From Ptychomitrium polyphyllum (lineage: Eukaryota): a stretch of DNA of 64,000 nucleotides. The position numbers and the translations under genes are program-made. Shown piece after piece: positions 13,201 to 23,707 of this stretch. The notes beneath the pieces are model-generated. The model was not told the origin of the DNA, made no database searches, and saw only the letters and a list, made by a program, of their open reading frames with translations. The DNA is taken from positions 9,052,001 to 9,116,000 of the forward strand of contig OZ316775.1 of the NCBI GenBank assembly GCA_973851085.1, in the 5' to 3' direction. Position 1 is the stretch's first letter. Each line of letters begins with the position of its first letter.

Positions 13201-13345
13201 TTCAAGGAACAATAATCCTATGTCACAGAACAAAGGAAAAGGAAAACCTCTGGCTGGCAAGAGAAAAGTTGAAGCTGACAGCAAGGGGCCTAACACCAAA
13301 CAACGCAGCGTCTCCTCATTCTTCAAAGCAGCAAATGTCAAGTGA
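10258..13345 (+). CDS. Exonuclease III/APE-family AP endonuclease (APE2-like), 7 exons
   Basis: Exons give MRIVCWNVNGL..ADIVCFQ / EAKIQ..KKGYSG / VVTY..EGRLICTDHGSFVLLNVYVPN / VVIVGDFNIAHKDID / EEREW..VDLYRHFHP..YSVWNQKTEAR..GFR / IDYAICD..SDHAAV / low-complexity tail ending QRSVSSFFKAANVK*. The EEP catalytic motifs (WNVNG, QE, YVPN, GDFN, RIDY, SDH) are all present. Confidence 0.92.
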
Positions 13346-14899
13346 GTCTTTTGCGAACAAAAGAGTTGATATTAATACTGTTTCAGATCTTGGCAGTGCT
13401 GTAGTCTCTGCCAACGAATTGAACGTGTATACTGGTAGCTTGTTTTGGAGGATTCGATTTTTTTGAAAATTTAACAATGTGGATACGGTAGTGGAGGGTC
13501 TCTCAGAGTGGATCAATTTTTGAACATACAGGCCTAGGTGAAGAAAGATTCAGTCAGGTATGTAATCGCAAAATGTACTTTCTGTGAACACATCCTTCAG
13601 ATCTTTTGTTTGGAGCTGAAGCCTCTCACTGAAGGTTTTTAGAGTTACTGCTGCAGGCTACATGGATTTGCCCTAAAACATGCACAAAATTGGGCTATTG
13701 TGTTGTCTGAGATAAATTTGCAACAGACCTTCCATCCTACTTCAACAATGTCTTGACACAGATCATTTCAAGGCAACCTGTTATCCAATATATTTCAGAC
13801 AAATCTTTCCAGCTAATCGGTGTATCATGTTCTACGAAGGTTGCCAACATAAACGACAATAGAGGACTCTACACATGCGACAAAAGAACTATACATTACT
13901 TACAGTGTTCAGTAAAGTTTTTCAGAAAAGTGGATGTGTACTTCGATCTAGCTGAACTCATCACAAAAAGAACCTGACTCAATCCTCAATTCCGTTACAC
14001 AAGGATACTTTGTAAGTGCCAAAAAAGGAACATGTATAAACACCAAATCCTACTGTTCACATCTCCATTCTTACATAGATATGCAAGATTGGGCTGATAA
14101 AATGTCAACGTATTAACTTTGCAGTATGGACTCCCTGTCAGCCACTCCAGGTCAAGCAAGAGTCATATGATTCATATGCTTTAAATATATGCACACGGAC
14201 TCCTAGTCAGCCCAACCAAATCTATAAACTAAACTTGCTTCATAGCGCCTACCCAAAACATCATCACGTGCATCAGTGGAAGGAACCAGGATTTGCCGAT
14301 AACAGTAATCCATGGACCTCTTAAGTACAAATGTATCATCAAACCCCAACAAAATCTAAAAAATCATGTTCCTCTCCAAGCTACAGGGCTGAAAAGAAAA
14401 ACAATCTTAAAACAAAGCAATTTGCTGCCTCCGCTATTAAGGTACCTGCATCCATTGCAGAACTACCAAAGATGGTTGAAGCCATTATCTAAGCAAGTTC
14501 AATTAACTATAGTCATCTTTGAAGTGCAGATCAAATTTTACCAGCTACTCAGACACCCCAAAATGGTTGAAATCAAAAAGACCTGACTCAAGATGTGTAT
14601 CTAGACAAAAGCTCCCAACAATAGTTACATTTTACACATGAACAGCAGAGTCGGATTAAATGAGCTCTTTCTGTGCCTTCTTAAGTCCAAAAATTAGTAA
14701 TAAGACACAGAGTCCCATAATCTTACTACTACTGATATACAACCTGTAAAAGGTATAATACCTACCACAACGAGTAAGTTTTACCTACTTGATGCAGTTC
14801 TCAAGTGGAAGGGCTCCAGCAACCATCACAACTTTTCCCGGCTGAAAGCTCAGTAGAATAGACGTACTAAAATGAAGATTAACCAGGTGAATCCCAGTG

Positions 14900-16227
14900 T
14901 CATCTCTTTCCAGCAGATTGAAGCGCCATTTTAAGTTTAGAATTTGCGAGTTCCTGTCAGAATGATAAGTGGAGTAGTAAGTCGGATGTGTAAGCGTGAC
15001 GACTATGCAAGGTTTTTAAAAATTAACATAAGCTGCTCTTGTACGAAAACTTGACCTATACCACTACGAATCACAATTGCGGCCCAAAAATATCACGTTC
15101 TTACAAACACAAAATAAAAAAGGAAAAATAATTTAAAATCAAACCTGCTCAAAAATGACTTCATTGCCTTCACAGACTTGCTTTGCCAACACATCAAGCT
15201 TCCGTAGCATGGTCCTGTACAGAGCTTCAAGCTCCCTGACGCTGCCTCCCTCTCCTTCTGTACTTATTAGACTGTGTAATCTACCTACTGAGAAATCTTG
15301 AGAGTACATGTCCAGAAGAGCTTGGTCCGCCTCGTGAGGCCCGTCCATTTGTACATTCGCACTGTGAGGAACCATACTTAGTCTTCTTAAACCCTCATCG
15401 GAGCCCTCATCCAATGCTGAAGACTTTAGAAACCATGGGAAGGGTGCCACAGGCGCAAAGGAGTCGTACAACCCTCGAAATGCTGGACCAATATTTACAA
15501 TTTTTACAGAGCGAGTTTCAAAACACCCAGCTCCTGAAAGTTGAGTTCGGTACTGAAATGCACGGTACTCATGGGTGTGTATCGAGTTTATGTCACTCGA
15601 CTCTGTTAAAAGGAAGAAAATACAGGGAGAAGAAGAAGGAATTCCAGTGAACTTCGACACCACACCCCCTTGAGAAGGATTTCTTCTTACCACTAGAACT
15701 TCCTTAATACGAAGCTCGTTTCCCTCTCCAAGAAAGCCATTACGAGAATCTTTTACCATTCCGTCTCTGAGGTCTTCTGCACCCGCCGTTGCGTCTTCAA
15801 GTGTACTGAACTGCGTGGTTCGCAAATTAGCTGTTACAGTGAATTCTCGCATAGAAGGCCTCATTGCAGTCCCTCTTCGCCCAACAAACCAACCAATAGG
15901 AGGATCTCCGCCCCTGGACTCTCTCTCGCCAACCATTTGAGCAAATTTAGCTACATCAACATGCCCAGTCGCGTCATAGAAGCTGGTAACCCTGCCCGAA
16001 AAGAAATGGCCAGTAACAACAGCCGTTGAATCATGAGACGTCTGTGAACCCACATCTTCGTCCACCATTGTCGATGTCGTGTTGCGTTCAACATGACCAA
16101 ACAAGACACCGTCACAATCTCCTGACGAGGAGTTAACTGCTTGCATCAAGGCTGCAAGAGCGGCACCAGATATCGCAACTCTCTCAACTGGTGTGTCACC
16201 ATCCGGTGTGGGTCTACCATGCGCCAT
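14900..16227 (-). CDS. Abraxas/FAM175 (BRISC/BRCA1-A subunit)-like MPN- domain protein, 2 coding exons
   Basis: Exon 16227-15145 has VAISGAALAALMQ..DCDGVLFG..SFYDATGHVD..IGWFVGRRGTAMRPSMREF..IHTHEYRAFQ, as in plant Abraxas-like proteins. GT donor at 15144; short last exon 14953-14900 (ELANSKLKMALQSAGKR*). Confidence 0.8.
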
Positions 16228-17120
16228 GCCCTGGACGATCGATCACTCTACTGTCTTGAGCTTTTGGTCCCTCACCTTGCAAGTACACTTCTCTATCCAA
16301 CCTCCACCAGGAAAAGAAACCAAAACTCAAGCACCTAGAGCACCATCAAGGTGCGATTGATTCTCTCTATGAACCTTCAGCACACTTTGCTAATGATACC
16401 TCACAATGGCCTGCCCCTGCACATTCCATCCAACCAATAGTCTCATTTAAGACACACCTTAACATCGCCACGCAACTTCTCCACAAACCGTGATCTCAAT
16501 GAACCGTAGCCAAACCCTAGATTCCAAAAAACCTTCCAATTCCTTGATAACGATCAGAACCCTCCAAACGAACACCAAACCGCCCTCATTAACTTCAACA
16601 GTACCACCACTACCACGCCATAAACCCACAATAAACACAACACCAAAATGTAACCAAACGACTCAAAGTCTACTCCAACTTTCACCCCAAACTCAAATAA
16701 CTTCACTCAAAAACTCACCATTCTACTCTCATCTCCCCTCATTGAAAACACAAGATTATGCGACCAACAAACTTCGCTCACCTCCACGAAACCCAAACCT
16801 CCCGAGCTCCTCACGAAGCTCGATCCCGAAAGCCCCCAAAACACTAACTAAACCCACAATTGGTGAAAGAATCGACCCACCGATTCCGCGAACCACGGTA
16901 GAAAGATAGTCAACTAAACACCAACTGGCCACAGAAAACCTGAGAAGTTTAACCCGCGATAGAAAAGTTCTTTTAACTCACGTGAAAGAAGAGCCAGGAC
17001 CGTACGAGCGAGGAGTGGAACGAGCTCGTGAAATGAACGACTCAGTGGCAGTGACGGTGATTAAGGCCTCCAGAGACCGGCATATTCTCCACGGATGAGA
17101 GCAAGAAGGAGCTTGTTGGG

Positions 17121-17147
17121 GAGAGGAGAGGAGAGGAGAGGAGAGGA
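17121..17147. repeat. (GAGAG)n microsatellite
   Basis: About five copies of gagag in the putative promoter/5' region of the Abraxas-like gene. Confidence 0.8.
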
Positions 17148-17977
17148 AGCGGGCGACGGTGTCGGTGACCGAGCCGAGTGCGGAGCTCGTGATTGCACAG
17201 CGAGGCGATCAGTGCGCTGCATCGACGCTGCAGACCCACCCTGCCCGGCCTTGCCTTGTCTTGCCTTGATGCAAGCCCTAATTTGGGGAGACTGGCCTCT
17301 ATTGGGGGATTGCTAGGGCGTGGTCTTGGGGTTTTCTAGGGCGTGGTCTTGGGGGGGGGAGAGCGTGGCACGGCGGTGAGGCTCCGTGGTGAAGCGAGGC
17401 GAGTTGGCAAGGCTGTACACCGATGTTGTTTTTGGATTGGAAGAGGATGTATTGAAAAAGTGCTGGACTAACGACAAGGCAGAATTTGGATGTTGTCTTT
17501 GTTTGAGGTAGTGTACAGTAATTTACAGAGCAGCAATAGGCACCTCTCAAGTTACACCTTTGCAGCTTATAGGTGTGCATTTCAGTTTTTGAGCAATTCA
17601 AGGATGCAAGAAGGGAGACTTTGGCCCTCCATATATGGCATGTTTCTATTAATTCTAGGTGGTTTGTGCACTATATGCATCTAAAAAGTTTTTTTTTTTT
17701 TTTAATTTTGGGCATGTTTTTTATTTGTTGGTCCTTATGGAGTTAATATGGAACTTCAAGTCTTGAGTTTAGAATCAAAAGCAAAGTTATTATAATAGTG
17801 CATCTCGTGAGATCATAACAAACTTCAAGATTTTAGATTTGTGCATGCAATGACTAATTATTAGAATAAATGATAATTCTAGTGGTGTGGTGATGGAAGT
17901 TACAAAGATTATACGTAATTTTGGAATTGTCTTCTAATCTAAATCATGAGTTTAATAAGTTACTCAATGGAATGGCA

Positions 17978-18281
17978 TTGTTACATCTATTTAAAAATAA
18001 ATAAAGAAGGCCAATTGCAAGCAAAACCATAATTATATATAAAACCAACCAATTGTTACATCTATTTAAAAATAAATAAAGTAGGCCAATTGCAAGCAAA
18101 ACCATAATTATATATAAAACCAACCAATTGTTACATCTATTTAAAAATAAATAAAGAAGGCCAATTGCAAGCAAAACCATAATTATATATAAAACCAACC
18201 AATTGTTACATCTATTTAAAAATAAATAAAGAAGGCCAATTGCAAGCAAAACCATAATTATATATAAAACCAACCAATTGT
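17978..18281. repeat. 75-bp tandem repeat, 4 near-perfect copies
   Basis: Unit ttgttacatctatttaaaaataaataaagaaggccaattgcaagcaaaaccataattatatataaaaccaaccaa; the only difference seen is gtagg for gaagg in copy 2. Confidence 0.95.
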
Positions 18282-18934
18282 GCAATATCCTTCAAAAAAC
18301 TTACATTTGTGATCCTCATTACAAGGATTCCTTACACTATTTTCTATTTAAATTATTTTGAAAGTATTTCAAAAATGTTTCAAGATGTTAATCGATAAAT
18401 AAATAAAAATAATAAACAATGGTCCTTGAAATGATTGTTATGAAGTAGGTTATTGCAAGATATGAATGTGGTATAACAATTAATACATAGACAAGCATTT
18501 CAATCCAAAACAATCGAATTTGCAATCTATTCTTGGATATAATTGAATATTTGAAAGATTTAATTTTTGGTAATAATAAAGCATGATTTATGTCACGGAC
18601 ATAGATCATGCAACATAGTCTTTAGAACATTCTAGAACCTTCTAATGTACTATAATAACTTCTTAGAATACTTTTAGATGTCCATAGCCTTTCCATGTTC
18701 TTAGGAAGTTTTCTAGGAAAGTTCCTCCACTTTAGTAAACTTCCTAAGAAGGTTTTATCATCTTAAGTAATTTCTTAGGAAAATTTGTACGAAGATTCCA
18801 TCACCTTAGGAAAGTTCCTAAGAGGGTTCCATCATTTTAGGAAACTTCCAAGGAAGGTTCTACCTCTTTAGGAAACTTCTTAAAAAGGTTTTACTACCTT
18901 AGGAAGCTTTTTAGGAAGGTTCCCTAGACTTCCA

Positions 18935-19023
18935 GAAGTTCTTGTTAATCATTAGTTCTTTGGAAGTTCTTGTTAATCATTAGCTCTTTAGAAGTTCTTG
19001 TTAATCATTAGCTCTTTAGAAGT
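18935..19023. repeat. 28-bp tandem repeat x3
   Basis: Unit aagttcttgttaatcattagctctttag. Confidence 0.9.
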
Positions 19024-19054
19024 TAATTCTTGAAAAACACCTTGTTACTGCTTC

Positions 19055-19178
19055 TTATTTCTTGTGTTCCTAACAGTTTAGTGAATTATTTCTTGTGTCC
19101 CTAACAGTTTAGTGAATTATTTCTTGTGTCCCTAACAGTTTAGTGAATTATTTCTTGTGTCCCTAACAGTTTAGTGAA
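19055..19178. repeat. 31-bp tandem repeat x4
   Basis: Unit ttatttcttgtgtccctaacagtttagtgaa; one substitution in copy 1. Confidence 0.92.
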
Positions 19179-21805
19179 AGTAGTTCCAAGAGGAAAAATG
19201 AAACTATTCTAAGCCTTCTATGGAAGTAATACATGTTTCATTCATAAGTTTTAGGCTTAAGAAGGTAAAGAATTGTTATAATTTCAATTAATGACAAATC
19301 ACACTCTAAGAAACAATATCATTTTACAACAACAAAATTGCATTTCCCAAGGCTTCAATATTAATGAAGCACAATTTAAACAACTCACTATAAGGCACAA
19401 AAGACAATGGAATAAATTCACAACAAGGCAATTGTTTTTTGTATTTTGTTTTAACCACATTTGCAATTTTTTTGATATACCATGTCCTTAGAAATTTAAA
19501 TAGGAAACAACTTTTTATCCATAATGTTGCATTATCCATCTATTTCAAGCAATTCTATTCAATTTCTAATTAAATGTAAAAACATATAAGGATTGTTGGC
19601 TGAAATAGTTTTAAAAAATAAAATTTTGCCATTAGATTATGCCAAATTATTATCCTTTTGTGCAAATTAGTAGAAACTTGTTATGTGTAGCCAAGAAAAA
19701 ATATCACTAGTTTACAATAGTTGACATTTATAATTTCATTCTTACATTTGAAATGTGTTGAAACATGTTCTTTGTAATTGTATATATGATTTTAGTAGAT
19801 CATTGTGGATTTATGGCATAGTATCACCAAGTATCATCAAAGTTTTACATGAATATTAAAAAAAATTGTTGGCACAATTTGAAAAATCATAACTATGGTT
19901 ATAGAGATTTAAAAAAACTACTATCATCTAAAATTGAATTAAATATAGAACGAAGTTGTAAGTGAAAAGTGAAGGAAAGAACTACTTAACTTTTACATTT
20001 GTATTGACAAAATTAATTTTGTAGTTTGACAACAACATTATAGTTAAAAGTAGAGTCTTTTGTAAAAATTAAGTTTTACAGAATTTACTTTGAAACTCAT
20101 TTTTGCTACAAAACGAAATCAAAACGCCCTTCACCGTGTCTTATGATGAATCAATTAAGAGCTTTTGCAATGCCAAAGAAGCCTTAAACTATGGACCTCT
20201 CCAAAGCCTACCAAGCTCTTCTAAGCTAATTCTTAGATTATCCTAGGTGTCCTTTCAAACTTTTATAAGGCATCATATATTTTCCTAAACAATTTTTTGA
20301 AATATTTTTGCAGCGCAATAGCTAGAAGATGACACATTGTGAGGACAACGTGAGTGGTTTTGTGTTGGGAGATTTTGTAGGTTGTTTAAAATCATGGAGT
20401 GCCCGTTTAAGTGAGGAGTTTTTAGTAGCTAGAATAGACTGAGATCACCCTCTAAACTTAGCACTTATGTGGATTGTACTAACATTCTCAGCTTTCATTT
20501 TACAACTTTGTCATTATCTCAGCAGGTGGTCTGTTGCGGTTCATTCCAATTGTAGTAATTAACGTTGATGAACCTAAATTAAGTGGTTTGAGTGGAGATT
20601 GGAGCGGTGAATGATATGTTTTGACAAGGTACTCGAAGGAACAAGTGCAAGGGTCAATTTTAAGCGGCAGGTTTGGATGGTGACGGCGTTTTTTATCTTT
20701 TGTGAGGGACAGCTGAAATGGTGAGAGCCCAGATAGCATCCGAAGGTGTCATGGATAGTGTCATCTTTGAGGAGTTATACGTCATTTCGGTCCATTTCTA
20801 CTACCTTGCTGCATCAGTGTCCAATCACCTTCTTTTCTCTTGAAACTTTGTCACTGTGTTATGCTCTTATTGGAGTTAAGATTACCTTGCTTCTCTATTC
20901 GGAAGCAAATCATCTCCAACCTGGCTCATTCTGCTGATTATGGATAATTCTTTTTGTTTATCTAAAGGACATTTGTGGTTGTTGGAGAAGTTTGTGCAGC
21001 GAGATTCTGTGCGTGAAGCCAGGGAGCACTAAACTTATCTCTGTTGACTAACGTGTGGATTTGGTGCCAGGAGATTGTTGCAGTGAGTATTGATGACCTA
21101 AAGAAGCATGGGGAACGGCTAAGTACTTGTTCAGGTGCATTTCCTCAATTGTGCATTTGCTTTATTGCGTCTTTAGTCGTTCCCTAGTAAACTATCGTGG
21201 TTGCTCTTGATCGTAGACTGCATATGCAGCGATCCAGAGTCAGCCTTTGCCACGTCTGGTTTTGTAGTTTCTTGCCTGTACTAATACGGACTCATTAACA
21301 TCTGACCAATAGCACTAAACGAACTTTCTGTAAACTGATCACATTTCAGAGATTTATCAATTTGACAAAAGACCAGGAAAGTGTGGAGCTCGCTCTGAAA
21401 TGTGACTAATCCTTGAAGTACTTTACAAATATATCCTGTCCTTCGGACGGACTAATTAACTTCACATTACACCCTGAGAACATCAAAATTTCTGCACTTT
21501 GATGCTCAGCAAGATGTTAGAATTGTCTCAGAAAAGGGATGTCCTGTTCTCAATCCTTATTTTGAAGCTCCTGCTGACCAGAAAAACTAGAGTGCGAGAG
21601 CAAATTACTTCGGCGCCGCTCAGCCGAAACTCCTACTCTAACTAGGCAACACGAATATTTCTGAATGACATTAACGTCCTGGTTTTGTGCAGGCAAACTA
21701 CCGTGCTCCACATCCTAGGTAGATTTCTAATCTCCCACGGATTTTTGATTCAGGTTTAAGGTTTGTGGGTTTGGGGTTTAATGAAAACTATGGCAAACAG
21801 CCAAT

Positions 21806-23707
21806 CTACAAATGTCGCTTGGTCAGGCCGCAGCCCAAGGTTTGAGCAGGGAGCCTGGGAAGGTTGTGGATGCCTTCGGCAAAGACAGTTCCCATGCCCA
21901 TTTGAAAATGAGGCTCTATGTGGCAATGAAAAGGCCACGCCCCAGGGTTGTCGGCTACAAATCGGAGTGCAACCCAACCATAAGGAAACACTGCAGCTGT
22001 GTTGCGGACTGGCGGATCCACTAGATTGAAAGTGGCATAGTCTTTCTCAGGATCATATAATCCCTCGCCATAGCCGAGAACCCAGAAGTCATGGCCATGG
22101 AGATGCCACGGGTGGATCTCGCTGTTGTTGGGCGTCAAGGTGTTGGCATTCTGCACAATCACGTCCACGACGCTCCCCTTCTTGAATACATACACTGGGC
22201 TTCCATAGTTGGCGCTCAAAGAAGGCTTGGGCGGCACAAAGACGTTGTAGTTCTGAGCAGGAAAGTCCGAGGGCGGGGTGGAATCGATGACTCCCTTGAT
22301 CTTGTACTTCAACGCTGCGATGACAGGCGTGGCCTTGTGCACATAGGAGATGTTGTTCAGGGCCCACTTGAGGTTTCCACTGATATTGTTCTGTGTGCCC
22401 AGAATCACGAGAGTACGGTCAGATGTCTTTGGCGGTGCTGCTTCAGACGAGACCTTGGCAAGGATCCGCTTCGCTTGCGCAATGCTGGTGGCTGTGTCAT
22501 TCCAGATGGGGCTGACGGGAGCAGGAGTGGTAGGAAGAAGAGTTTCTGAGTTCGGCAAGTACTGCAAGACCGCAAGACCAGTATCGGTTTTAGGATTTCT
22601 TCCTCTGACATTGATAGCAGCCCAGTAGTTCTTGGATGCATCCTGGTTGGCAGTGAAGAGCACATCGTAGGTTTGGCCGGAGTAGACATCGAGGTTGTAG
22701 ACTTCGAAGGGCTGGATGTATCGCGCGTCGGCCATGACCACTGTCAACTTGTGACCCTCCAAGATGAAGTTGAGGGATGACAATGAAGCAACGCTTCCAA
22801 TACGCAGGCGGTACGTCTTTCCGGGAGTGACAGGGATCACATGTGGTGAGCATTTGGGGCTAGAAGCGTTGCAAGTCAGGCACCCGGGTGGAGCAGGAAC
22901 AGTCTCGGGCAGAAGCGAGCAATTGTACTTACCACGCCCTTGGATCAACAAGGATTGTGGCTCGCCCACAAATCTGAATGGAATACTATTGAGACCCAGC
23001 TCTTGCTCATAAATAGACTTGTGCCACCAGTCATTAAGAACAATACTGTGCTCGCCGTCGTACGAAAATGGCTCCTTCTTGTACGATGGCAAGTCGACTA
23101 TAAGAGAACCGTAGAGTCCTCCAGCTCGCTGCATTCCGAAGTGGCCATGGTAGAAATAGGTCCCAGCTCTGTCGACTTCGAATCTGTAGGTGAAGGTCTC
23201 CCCAGGGTTGATAGGGCACTGGGACACGTAAGCAGCGCCATCATAAAAGGGTGTTCCTCTCTGCAAATTCAACCACGCACAAGTCAGCACAAGATGTGAC
23301 CGCTAACATTCAGAACATTGAATAACAAGGCAGTACTAGCTAACCGAAAAGAAATGTTTTATTCTCGAACTAGATTCTGCGGTAATGGTGCAAAACAGAG
23401 GATTTTGAGTACTGTTTGAATTCCCTACCTGATGCATGCCATGCCAATGCAAAACAACGCCCTCGGTGAGAATATGATTAGTCACTCGCACCACAACCGT
23501 ATCACCTTCCACGGCACGAATTGTGGGCGACGGATACTGGCCATTAACAGCTAGAATCTGCTTCTCCACGCAATCAGGAGCAGCAAACATGTAATCCACA
23601 GTCCAGTCAAACTTGACAAGAGCTGCTTCTGCTTGCAGCACAAGCGCCATCATCACCAGCGCCAGACATGCCACTGCAACACCGGTGTGGCCCTTCGTAC
23701 TCTTCAT
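21806..23707 (-). CDS. AO: L-ascorbate oxidase (multicopper oxidase), copy 1, 2 exons
   Basis: Signal peptide; exon 1 23707-23429 (HWHGMHQ) and exon 2 23260-21806. Contains GTYFYHGHFGMQRAGGLYGSL, HPWHLHGHDFWVLG and WPFHCHIEPHFQMGMG, the ascorbate-oxidase-type copper motifs. Confidence 0.95.

Larger units (their letters stand above)
18591..19190. mobile_element. Probable LTR-retrotransposon LTR fragment with internal minisatellites
   Basis: Begins TGTCACGG and contains ttctagaaccttcta motifs, a degenerate ~31-bp (ttaggaaacttcct..) array and two short tandem arrays, an organisation often seen in plant LTRs. No coding domains or partner LTR seen. Confidence 0.4.

Noticed and set aside
16490..16909. 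139-aa P/T/S/K-rich ORF
   Set aside because: Compositional artefact antisense to the likely 5'-UTR intron of the Abraxas-like gene.
17978..19178. Regular repeats as a possible CRISPR array
   Set aside because: Units are head-to-tail with no unique spacers, the context is eukaryotic, and there are no cas genes.
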